A DNA stretch of 46,822 bases, taken from positions 1 through 46,822 of the IMG/VR virus record IMGVR_UViG_3300032304_000877. One strand, 5' to 3'. The position numbers and the translations under genes are program-made. The notes beneath the pieces were generated by a model, which saw only the letters and a program-made list of their open reading frames with translations, had not been told where the DNA came from and did no database searches. Positions within the stretch are counted from its first letter, which is position 1. Each line of letters opens with the position of its first letter. This document shows positions 1 to 10,300 of this stretch, piece after piece. The DNA is from a virus (taxonomy: Duplodnaviria; Caudoviricetes).

Positions 1-213
1 TACGATTCAAAGATGGGTGCTAGACCCTTGGGTCGCAAGATTGATGAACTGATTCGTGTGCCATTGAGCAAGCGTATCTTGTTTGATCGCTTGGAAAATT
101 GCACAATGCATGCTGTAATGAAAGACGATGCAGTTGAGTTTGTAACAGAACTTTCAGCCAGCACGGCCGTAGTCACCGAAGATGGGTATATAGTCCTTGA
201 CCCTGAAGTTTAA
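1..213 (+). CDS. Clp-family AAA+ ATPase (ClpA/ClpB-like), C-terminal fragment, 5'-truncated by window edge
   Basis: Frame is open from base 1: YDSKMGARPLGRKIDELIRVPLSKRILF matches the 'YDxxxGARPLxRxI' motif of the ClpA/B C-terminal D2-small domain. Confidence 0.8.
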   Translation, partial: YDSKMGARPLGRKIDELIRVPLSKRILFDRLENCTMHAVMKDDAVEFVTELSASTAVVTEDGYIVLDPEV

Positions 214-901
214 ATCCATTGTAAAGGATCGGTTGTTTTACGATCGTTTTCAATACTGTATCAGTTTTGGGCTGACAGAAATCAGTTGTCTTAGAGATCA
301 AGATCTTGATTGCGCCCGTATCAAACACATGCTTGATCGTCGCAAGCAGTGGCGAGAAGTTGCACACCAACGATGGAACACTGTTGTTCAGAAACCCAAT
401 GTCCAACAATCACGTCTATGGAATGAAATCACCGACGAAGTTGAGCAGAACTTATATGATTTTGCTGACATTCTACGCAACAGCGGAGTGGATTTAAAAT
501 TAGTAGTCAGCTCCAACTGTGGATGGGTGTACACCAATAGTCTAGAGTTGATCAACGAACTAAAGCCCATGCGTGTGTTAACAGGAAAAAAATACTCCAA
601 GGCTGTGGTTGGTCGTCCTAAAAATACTATTCTATTAAAAAATCCTCAACATCAATTTCGCAGTTATTTTAAAATAACCAAAATTACTAGTCAACAAAAA
701 GACATGTTGGTTAATTTTTTAACCAATCAACAACCCAGTGTTAGAATTAGCCCGGCATTAAGCGAATGGATACCTAGCGCATTTCATCGCACACAAGACT
801 ACTTTTTTGTAGACCACAATGAAATGTCGTGGTTAACCATGTTGAGCCTGGTACATCCTGGCATAATAAGAAAAACTCAGCAGATAATCCAGGCTAAATA
901 G
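197..901 (+). CDS. hypothetical protein (234 aa)
   Basis: Long ORF overlapping the previous gene end; no motif recognised; start codon uncertain. Confidence 0.7.
   Translation: MTLKFKSIVKDRLFYDRFQYCISFGLTEISCLRDQDLDCARIKHMLDRRKQWREVAHQRWNTVVQKPNVQQSRLWNEITDEVEQNLYDFADILRNSGVDLKLVVSSNCGWVYTNSLELINELKPMRVLTGKKYSKAVVGRPKNTILLKNPQHQFRSYFKITKITSQQKDMLVNFLTNQQPSVRISPALSEWIPSAFHRTQDYFFVDHNEMSWLTMLSLVHPGIIRKTQQIIQAK
895..900 (+). promoter_or_regulatory. T4-like late promoter core TAAATA
   Basis: TAAATA 7 nt upstream of ATG 908 with no SD; the same geometry recurs at 1876 and 42467. Confidence 0.55.
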
Positions 902-907
902 TACACT

Positions 908-1072
908 ATGGCAAAAATTAACGAACAAACCCTTGTAATCACAGTTAGCCAATTGGTTAAAGACGACACTCCTGCTCGTGTTTTATTGGACGCAGATGTC
1001 GTGTCTCAATTAGAAGCAGTGGTAACCGAATTGGCTGGTGCTGGAACCTTAGTGGAAATCAAACAGGCATGA
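908..1072 (+). CDS. small hypothetical protein (54 aa, MAKINEQTLVITVSQLVKDD...), not in ORF track
   Basis: Read by hand: ATG 908 to TGA 1070-1072, ATGA overlap with the next gene, fills the intergenic gap exactly. Confidence 0.75.
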   Translation: MAKINEQTLVITVSQLVKDDTPARVLLDADVVSQLEAVVTELAGAGTLVEIKQA

Positions 1073-1434
1073 CCATTTATACCACACAAACTCTAGTAGA
1101 TGATGTAACCTATGGAAGTGCATCCGGCAACTACGATGGCAGTAGTCAAGATTGGTACAGCAATGCTGTACCCGCGGCCAACTATTATGGTGGACAAGGT
1201 GCGCTACAAACTATCACATATCAACTACAAGATTTTGTAGGCGTAATCACTATCGAAGCTACCTTGAATGATCTTAAAGAATCTGCTCCTTGGTTTGAAG
1301 TGGCCAAATATGGTGACGGCAGCACCGCCGACTACGGCACTATTCCTGTGAATGTTACAGGTAACTTTACTTGGTTGCGAGCCAATATCACCAGTTTTGA
1401 ATCTGGAACCATAACTATCACAGTAGCATACTAA
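1069..1434 (+). CDS. hypothetical protein, beta-rich, possibly virion-associated
   Basis: 121 aa rich in T/S/G/Y; translationally coupled to neighbours. Confidence 0.7.
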   Translation: MTIYTTQTLVDDVTYGSASGNYDGSSQDWYSNAVPAANYYGGQGALQTITYQLQDFVGVITIEATLNDLKESAPWFEVAKYGDGSTADYGTIPVNVTGNFTWLRANITSFESGTITITVAY

Positions 1435-1872
1435 ATGTCTAACACCGTAGCAATTTCCTGTATTCTAGATACAACCAATGCATCAGCACCGTTGGGATTT
1501 GAAGCATGGATTGACGATCAAAAGTTTTTTGACACGGATCATGTGCAAGCTCAACAACCGGTTGTTGTAGAAATTGCCGACATTGACGGCGAACACGAGC
1601 TTAAATTTGTACTAAAAAACAAAACTTCCTGTCATACTCAAATAGACAAAGCTGGTACTATCGTTTCAGATGCTAGGTTAATTGTAACAGATTTAGCATT
1701 TGATGAAATTAAACTTGGTGACATGGTTACAAAACAAGCAGTATACACACACGATGTTAACGGCACTCAACAAGAAATTCAAGACGAATTTTACGGCGAA
1801 ATGGGTTGTAATGGAACAGTTAGTCTTAAATTTACAACTCCTATATACCTTTGGCTTTTAGAACACATGTAA
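1435..1872 (+). CDS. hypothetical protein (145 aa)
   Basis: ATG directly after the previous TAA; no motif recognised. Confidence 0.7.
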   Translation: MSNTVAISCILDTTNASAPLGFEAWIDDQKFFDTDHVQAQQPVVVEIADIDGEHELKFVLKNKTSCHTQIDKAGTIVSDARLIVTDLAFDEIKLGDMVTKQAVYTHDVNGTQQEIQDEFYGEMGCNGTVSLKFTTPIYLWLLEHM

Positions 1873-1875
1873 CCA

Positions 1876-1881
1876 TAAATA
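1876..1881 (+). promoter_or_regulatory. T4-like late promoter core TAAATA
   Basis: 7 nt upstream of ATG 1889; no SD. Confidence 0.55.
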
Positions 1882-1888
1882 TATTACA

Positions 1889-2686
1889 ATGAACTATCTT
1901 GTAATATATCCCGGCAGATTCCATCCATTCCATCTGGGCCACAAGGCCAGTTATGATTGGTCGGCCAACCAATTTGGTGAAAACAACGTGTACATTGCTA
2001 GTAGCAGTGTTCAAGATCCTGCTACTAGTCCGTTTGAGTTTAGTGACAAAGTAAAAATGGCCACTAAATTAGGTGTTCCTGCCAGTCATGTTGTCAATGT
2101 AAAGAATCCTTATCAAGCAACAGAAATTACATCAATGTTGTCAGACGAGGAAAAAGGCAACACAGCCTTGATATTTGCTGTCAGTTCCAAGGATGCTGAA
2201 AGATTTAACTTTGCTCCTAAAAAAGACGGATCACCTGGTTACTTACAGCCTGTTCCAGAAAACAAAAAAAACATGCAACCAATGACCAAGCATGGATATG
2301 TTACTATAACTCCTACTGTAAACTTTCGAGTCAGGGGTGCAAATGCCAACAGTGCCAGTGAAATTCGTAAGTTATATCGCAACGGTAATGATACTGATCG
2401 CCTGGCAATTATCACAGACTTGTATGGCGCACCAGACCCAGAATTAAAGGCTGTGTTTGATGAACGTTTAGGTGTAAATGATCCTGCAGAAGGTATTATC
2501 TACGGACAAGAAGCAGTGTTTGCCGGAGATAATCCTGTGAATGTGATGCGTGAACGCAAAGAACATTTGCTGACAAAAATTACATATCTACGCGAACAAC
2601 TGGCACAAGTACGACGAGTTATTCCAAATCTACAAGATCCTGTTGTTGTTGATTATATTGACGAAAAAAAGACTAGGAAAAAATAA
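1889..2686 (+). CDS. cytidylyltransferase-like (HIGH superfamily) nucleotidyltransferase
   Basis: N-terminal YPGRFHPFHLGH is the GxFxPxHxGH motif; also PFEFSDK and SASEIR (SxSxxR) motifs. Confidence 0.8.
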   Translation: MNYLVIYPGRFHPFHLGHKASYDWSANQFGENNVYIASSSVQDPATSPFEFSDKVKMATKLGVPASHVVNVKNPYQATEITSMLSDEEKGNTALIFAVSSKDAERFNFAPKKDGSPGYLQPVPENKKNMQPMTKHGYVTITPTVNFRVRGANANSASEIRKLYRNGNDTDRLAIITDLYGAPDPELKAVFDERLGVNDPAEGIIYGQEAVFAGDNPVNVMRERKEHLLTKITYLREQLAQVRRVIPNLQDPVVVDYIDEKKTRKK

Positions 2687-2736
2687 GCCTGTGTGTTAAA
2701 CTCTATTAAATATCAGACACTTTAATAGAGGAACCC

Positions 2737-3645
2737 ATGGCTGAAAACCAAGCAACACCCACAACACAAACACCTGGTGCAAAGGTAAATGATATTACTG
2801 AGCAACCACAGCCAGGACAACAACAAATACAAGTAAACATCGACTTTTTAAAGACTACCCGTGTGCATATCTGCATGCCGTGTTACGGTGGTATGCTGAC
2901 AGAATCATGCTTTATGAGCTATATCAAGTGGGCCAACACTTGCCGTCAGTTGGGCATCGATTGGACCATGGAAACCATGACCAACGAAAGTCTAATTAGC
3001 CGTGCTAGAAACACACTCACAGCTAAATTTCTCAACAACAAAGAATCTACTCACTTGATGTTTATTGATGCTGACATTGGCTGGGAACCTTGGCATTTAC
3101 TTGTCATGTTGAATCGTGATGTGGACGTTATTGGCGGCCTGTATCCAATGAAAAGCCTGCCAGTCAAATGGTGTGTAAACGGCTTTGATGGCGCAGAAGA
3201 AGGTGTAGATGGCCTACAAGAAGTGTCAAAAACAGGCACAGGATTCATGTTGATCAAACGTGCGGTATTTGAAAAACTCAACGCACATCCTGCTACAAAA
3301 CCATTTGCCAACGATATTGGCTTGCCGGTAGAACTAAATCCCTACATGAAAACCTACTTTGATACTGCTGTGCGTGAAAATCGCTACTACAGTGAAGATT
3401 GGACATTCTGCGAAAACTTCAGAGACCTAGGCGGTAAGATTTGGGTAGACAAACGTATTCTACTCAAGCACACCGGAACTTATGTGTTTGACTTCCAAAC
3501 ACAAGATCAACTGTACAAAGAGCTGCATTCACTGGCCTTAAACAACAATGTGGCATTGGGTGGTCCAACAGTGGTAGCTGCACCGGTTGATGCCAAACCA
3601 GCAGAAGCTACAGTATTGGCCAGTAGTAAAAAGAAAAAGAAGTAA
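2737..3645 (+). CDS. GT-A-fold glycosyltransferase-like phage protein
   Basis: PCYGG, ESLISRARN, MFIDADIGW (DxD), GTGFMLIKR and SEDWTFC motifs; SD GAGG upstream. Confidence 0.7.
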   Translation: MAENQATPTTQTPGAKVNDITEQPQPGQQQIQVNIDFLKTTRVHICMPCYGGMLTESCFMSYIKWANTCRQLGIDWTMETMTNESLISRARNTLTAKFLNNKESTHLMFIDADIGWEPWHLLVMLNRDVDVIGGLYPMKSLPVKWCVNGFDGAEEGVDGLQEVSKTGTGFMLIKRAVFEKLNAHPATKPFANDIGLPVELNPYMKTYFDTAVRENRYYSEDWTFCENFRDLGGKIWVDKRILLKHTGTYVFDFQTQDQLYKELHSLALNNNVALGGPTVVAAPVDAKPAEATVLASSKKKKK

Positions 3646-3677
3646 ACAGATCTATGTTGTAAAGCAAGGGCCACTAC

Positions 3678-4235
3678 TTAACGTAGTGGCTTTGTTTTAT
3701 ACGATCCTAATTTTTTTCCAGTCTGCTGAATTGATTTAGTTTCTGCATATTGAGCAATTCGTGGATCTGTTTCTTTGCTTAACCCTTTGTTCCAGGGTGT
3801 GCGGCCCTGCATTGATTTACTCATATTTAAACAATGTTCTTTTGATTTAGGCTTACCTTTAGCGGCTAAAGACATTTTTAATTTGGTATTTTCAGAATGA
3901 GTTTTTCCTAATTGCGCTTTACTTTTCTTTTTTAATGTTTTGGGGCTACATTTGATACCAGAAACTCCTTCGCCACCGTCGGTTTTATTAAGTAGAATTC
4001 CTGTTTTATTATTTTTACGACCATGCCACCTAATTAATTTTCTTTCTAATAGAAAAGCTCCTATTTCAAGCAGATCATCAAAAACTATTATAATTCTATT
4101 GCGATCTTTAGGAGTCCATACTCCTTTATTTTGATATCTATGTTGGACCCATGCTCGTAGGCCTGATCCCTTACCGATGTAGTAAGGTGTGCCATCTTTT
4201 CTTAAGTAGGCATAGACATAATAAGTATTATTCAA
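3678..4235 (-). CDS. free-standing GIY-YIG homing endonuclease with NUMOD3-like DNA-binding repeats
   Basis: YYVYAY...PYYIGKG...R, E..LI and N..DGGEG motifs; [10 protein letters not shown] and [10 protein letters not shown] repeats; TTG start with AAGGAG SD; the only convincing minus-strand gene, and AT-rich. Confidence 0.85.
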   Translation of the reverse strand: MNNTYYVYAYLRKDGTPYYIGKGSGLRAWVQHRYQNKGVWTPKDRNRIIIVFDDLLEIGAFLLERKLIRWHGRKNNKTGILLNKTDGGEGVSGIKCSPKTLKKKSKAQLGKTHSENTKLKMSLAAKGKPKSKEHCLNMSKSMQGRTPWNKGLSKETDPRIAQYAETKSIQQTGKKLGSYKTKPLR

Positions 4236-4303
4236 GCTGATACTCCTTTACAGTATTAGAGCTAGTGGATGTTAGTGCATCGCGACTGGCACTTTTATTT
4301 ATA
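4236..4303 (-). promoter_or_regulatory. late promoter TATAAATA plus structured leader of the homing endonuclease
   Basis: Minus-strand TATAAATA at 4296-4303, followed by two hairpins; the second (ATACT/AGTAT) overlaps the AGGAG SD. Confidence 0.6.
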
Positions 4304-4306
4304 CAA

Positions 4307-4312
4307 TAAATA
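4307..4312 (+). promoter_or_regulatory. late promoter core TAAATA for the 2082-aa gene (divergent from the endonuclease promoter)
   Basis: TAAATA 5 nt before ATG 4318; no SD. Confidence 0.5.
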
Positions 4313-4317
4313 TATCT

Positions 4318-7300
4318 ATGAATATTGAAGAACTTGACTCGTATAATTTAGCCGACGCTATTAAATTTAATAACCAACTGAACCCAGTTTTATGGGATAA
4401 AACTGAGCATTTAAAGGATACAGTCAGAGAAAAATTATTACAAATTGCTGATGAATTTAGAGAATTTTTAGGCGTTAACGATTTACAATTAACAGATATT
4501 ACATTAAGCGGCAGTAATGCGGCCTACACATACACTCCTAACTCGGATATTGACCTACACCTTGTAGTTAAAATGCCCGACAATGAAGTATATCGCGAGC
4601 TATTCGACGCTAAGAAATATGCGTTTAATGAACAGCACAATATTACAATCGGCGGATACGATGTTGAACTGTATGTGCAAGATGCAGATCAACCACACAT
4701 TAGTCAAGGCATCTACAGCGTATTGAATGATGATTGGGTACAAGTTCCACGTAGACGTCGTGCTGAAGTTGATGATATGTCAACTCGAAACAAATACGAA
4801 AAAGTTGGCCTACAAATAGAACGTGCTATTAAATCGGGCAGTTTAACTCGCATGACCCGTATGGCTGAAAAGATTAAAAAGATGCGACAGACTGGGCTTG
4901 AACAGCACGGCGAATTTGGTCCAGAGAACTTGGCATTTAAGATGCTACGCACACAAGGCAAGATCAAACAGTTGTATGATGCTCGTAATCGGGCCAAAGA
5001 TCAAGAGCTGAGTCTAGATGAGCGTCGCAAGAGCAAGAAAAAGAAACGAGTAAAATACGGGTTTGGTGGTTATTGGTACCCAGGTACCGGATATGCTGGA
5101 CAAGACACTGCGGCCGCACAAGATTCAGGTGGTGGCGATGGCGGTGGTGAAAGTATTAGAGAAGATGTTGCACCTAGTGATGAAGAAATACTAAAAGACT
5201 TTGTCAAATTCTGTGTTGCAGAATTAAAAATTGAATCAATGCCAACTGTCAAGTTGCGTCGTGACCCCCAATGGTCTGTAGTGAACCGAACATTTGGTCG
5301 TTATATCAACGATGCACATCTACTTGAAGTGGCATTTGGTCAACGTCATATCATGGATGTGCTTCGTACTGTGGCACACGAACTTACCCATGCACATCAA
5401 CACGAGCGTGAGACAGTTCCCAATGATGCTGGTGAGACTGGTAGTCCATACGAAAATGAAGCAAATGCTAGAGCCGGTGTGCTTATGCGTGACTATGGTC
5501 GACTGCACCCAGAATTATTTGATGCAGGTCAAGCAGAAAATTTAAAAGAAGAAATTGAAAAAGTCTATGGTATATTGGGCTACCGGGTAGTGGTTAAAGG
5601 TGAATATTTTTATATTTACAAAGGTGATCAACTGATTTATCGCAGTGTAGCTCCTCGGACCTACACTTATGATCAGTTGGTCAACCAAGTCAAACGAGCT
5701 ATATCTGTCACTGGTTCAACTGTTAAGAATCCTGCGGCTATATCCAATCCCAAATCCGGACTAGAAGATGCTTACAAAAAATTAATTCAGATTATAACCT
5801 ATCGAGTTGACAGAAACTTGAATGTGACTCCAGAAACAATTAAAAAAGAAGTAGAAAAAATAGCTGGTGACTATCAAGTCCCAGAAAAAAATCTGCGAGA
5901 GAAATGGGCTCAAACTAAAATTTCTAAATATTCCAACTATCAACGATCAAAGTATACCAGGACTCCAGAACTCTTTGCAGCATTTGAACAAATCACCAAA
6001 TACTTTCAAGACCAGAGTCGTAGTCAATATTATGACAAAAAATTATATAATATAAGAGTGGCTGGTCAAGAAAATCAATGGATCGAAAACAAAATGCAAG
6101 AGTTCATGCAAAAACATGGACTTTCTGTCAGTGAATCAGCATCTGGATATATTCCCACAAAGAAACAAGCTAAAGATCCACGATTCAGCATGGCACTTAC
6201 ACAAGATATCAAGCCAGGACAACTAGGCAAAGAAGCAAACAAACTAAATCTTAAAACCGACAAGCAAGGCATTCCACAGATTGCCAAAACCAATGGCCTA
6301 TTCGAAGAACTGATGCTAGAGTTTCAATTGGCCAAAGAAGGTATCGATGCTCCTATTTCTAAAACCAAAGATCAAGAACAATATTATAAGTTTATCTTGG
6401 CCAAGCACAAAATGGGCAGGCCGCTTACACGCGGTGAACAAGACTATGTGAAAATGTATCAGATGTATCGCCAGCAAAAACTAGCCGAATCTGTGGAAGT
6501 ACTAGACGAAGTCAAGATGAGTCCGTCGGCACTACAAAAGTGGGCTAAAAGTCCTGAAGCGCAGGGCATACGTGCTGGCTTTGAAGCTGAATTAATTTTC
6601 CGTGACACCAACAGTGGTGACGATGACGACAGCGATATGGAGCCTGACTACGACATGGACGAGCGTTGCCGTAGCATTAGTCAAGTTGTAGAATTCTTCC
6701 AAAATGATGACTACGGATATGGACTAAGTGAGCGCCAAGCCGACCGTTTACAAGAAGGTTTAGACGAACAATACATGGAGTGGATGGATGAGCAAATGTA
6801 TAGCTCATGGCGTGATGAGCGTGATGAGTTGATCAAAGAATCTTGGTTGCGTGAAAAACCCATGAGCGAGCGGGTGCATGCCTTTTTGGTTGATGGCATG
6901 GAATTGTCGGATGAGGAAGCGGATCGCATTCAAGCAGTAGGAGACAAAGCACCTAAGTTCAACACCTCCAAAGAACAAGCGGCTTATGCCGAAGAAAATC
7001 CTGATTACGCAACTTATTTAGAAGCCACAGAAGGTGCTGAAGAAATCCTACAAGAAGATGTTGAGCAAACCATTGAGAAAGAAGATGGCTTCTACGACGA
7101 AGTGCTGGATGAATTCCGTGAGAACTTTTATATTGACGACGATTCTAATTTCTTTTCAGATGTTGGATTGCGTTGGATGAGTGACATTTCTAGTGAATAT
7201 GATTTAGGATGGCCTTACTTGACAGGCGGTGCTGGTAATGGCGGAAGCCGTGATTGGGAAAGCATTGGCGATAGTTTAAATGCGGCTATCGACATGCCAG

Positions 7301-10300
7301 TTAAAGTAAGCTCAAATTATCACAGCACTCCACGCAAAGAAGGCACGTGGATCGTAGAACCTGATTCAAGCCTAAGTGCAGATGATCGTGAAGACTTTGG
7401 CTTAGAGATAGTAAGTCCTCCTATGCCCTTAGAACAAGCATTAGAAAAATTACAACAAGTGACCGACTGGGCCAACAATCCTTCAGAAGGCAACTGTTAT
7501 ACCAATCAATCTACTGGTCTTCACATGGGTGTGAGTGTGCCGTTCAAAGGCGGCGATGTTGACTACTTAAAACTGATCTTGTTCTTGGGCGACGAATACG
7601 TATTACAATCGTTTGGACGCGAAGCCAACACTTACACCAAGAGTGCAATGAGCAAGTTCCGTGAAAACATCAAGGGTGGTCGTGCTGATCCAATGGGTGC
7701 AATCAAATTGATGCAACATGGACTACTCGAACTGGCCTACAAGGAAATACAAAAAAGTGTAGGCGAAGGCAAGTATACATCAGCTCACATACAAAAAGGT
7801 TACATTGAATTCCGCAGTGCAGGTGGCGACTGGTTGGCCGAAGAGTCTGCCGACCCTGAAAAACTATCCAGCACCATGTTGCGTTATGCCCGTGCTATGC
7901 AAATTGCAGCCAGCCCTGGTGAAGAACGTAGAGAGTATGCCAAGAAGTTATACAAGTTGGTAGCACCCGAAGGTGATAGTCAATTGGCCTTGTTCAGTCA
8001 GTATGCCGCGGGTGAGCTTACAGCAGAACAACTCAAGAAACGTTGGGCCGAAAAGACCATTGGTACAGAAAAGAAAATGAATCAGCGTTTTAGACTATAT
8101 CAAAACGTAGACGGTCGCTGGGAACCAGTGCCAGGTGCTGAATGGAATGGCTACCCCGAAAGTGAAGTTAAAATGCGAGTATGGGCCAAGTACGGACGCG
8201 AAGCACTAGACTCAGGTGAATATCAACTGGTCAACATGGGCGAGCAGGACTGGGAAGTGTATGATGTTAAAACTGGTGCAACACTTGAAATAGTCAAAGG
8301 CAAGAGCAAAGGTGAAGTGGCTGATGCTGTGTATGACAAGTATGTGGATCAAGGCATTGGCTTCAATGTGCGTCCATACCAAGATCCAGCCACAATGACA
8401 CCACGTGCCAAATTGGCTAAACGTATCGCCCAGACTAAAAAGCCTACAGATTATAACTATGATATCATAGACCGTCGCACTGTGGAACTAAAAGTTGTTG
8501 ACCGATTCTATGCTACTGACGTAAAAGACGCAAGTGAGACCTTTGATCGCTGGTTGAAGATGAAAGGGTTGCCTCAAGATGAGGATGCTTACGGATATCG
8601 CAAAGGTCAGCCTCAACAAGCAGTTAAAGATATTGCTCCTGATGTTGCGCAGAACTTTGCTGGTGATTACAGTGCGTTTGAACGCAACAGTGATCGTATC
8701 GATGCTATCAGAGCCAGACAAGATGCCACAGACATTCCACGCAACTGGGAATTTGTAGATCGCATAACCGGCCAGGTCGTTCATTCAATGGCCAACGCCA
8801 GTTACAATCAGGCCAATGTAGTACAGACTAACCTAGAGCAGAACAACCCAAATGCAGACATATATTTGCGTAGTGTGGAGAGACCCGAACTAGGTGAGGC
8901 CATTGATGCTATTTCTGGTGCAGGAGCTCGTGCGCCTGTTGCGGCTCCTAAATTAAAAACGCAACCACCGGTCAAGCCGATTGATCCAGCTGTGAAACTT
9001 GATGTTAAGAAATCGCAGAGTGATCCTTATGCTCAAACATATAAAAAACCTGTAACTGAAACACTACCGGCTAAGAATCTTAATCAATTATACAGCATTA
9101 AAAAACAATTGGCCAATCCTGCATTAGCCACGGTCGAGCCTGCAGCCTCAGAAAATCCTGTGCCAGCTAAGACAACCCAACCCAGAGTACACGCGGCATT
9201 AACAGATCTGCAACGCCAACGTGACAAGGTGCAACGTCTTATAAATCTTAAACAAGAAATAGAAACCTTAACAGCCCGCGCTGGTCGTACTAGATATGGT
9301 ATCACTCCGGGATTGGCCGCTGATATTGAAGACCTATATCCCGATCCTCAGACTGAAACCGATATGGATGCGGCCATCCAGGGCTACGAAATACAACGTA
9401 AAAAGCTCGCGGATTACATTGCCCGTCAACGCAAGATATTTCCCAAAGAAGATGTAGCAGAAGGTCAACATCAACACACCGAAATTATAAAATGGCCAGT
9501 AGGCGACTGGATAGTATATCTTGATAATCACAGTGTTATACGTGCCATGACCAGAAACATAGGTCCTAGAATGATGAGTAATCTTTTAAATATGGTGTCT
9601 ACAATTCCTAATTTAGAAGATAAAGTGCCAAGGAACGGAGCTTTTTGGATACAGGATATCAAGACCAACAGCAGTTTTTATTTTAGACGCCTAGATATAC
9701 CAAGCGAGCCTCTTGCAGTTCGTTGCGAAACCGGAGTTCAAGATGTTCCTAGAGCTAATAAAAACACTCCAGTATTCCGAGTAAATGCCTACACTGGCCC
9801 AGAGACTCCCAAAGACATACAAGGTATGAAACAAGCCAAACTACGCAGTAAATTTGTTGGAGCCAATGTTATGGCTTCTAACTTGGCTGCTAATATACAA
9901 AAAGGACATCTTGGCAGCGACGATGTTATACGCAATCCAGCAACACAGGATAGTAAAAGATATGATCGTGCATTTAAACAAGCCCAACAAATGGATAAGG
10001 AAGTCGATGAAAACTTTGCCGACGGTAAAGTCAAAGGCAAAAGCCGTCCTGGACGTGTAAAACGTGCAGGTGCCAGTTGTGACGGTTCGGTAACTGATCT
10101 GCGTCGCAAGGCTAAGAATGCATCAGGCGAAAAGGCCAAGATGTATCACTGGTGTGCCAATATGAAATCAGGTAAAAAGAATGAATCCGAAATGGATGAA
10201 GGTTGGAAGCAAAATGTTGCAGCCGGCGTATTGGGTGCTGGAGTGGCCCTGGGTGGCGGCACTGCTCAAGCCGACACTGACGTTTTCCATAAGAAGTTAA

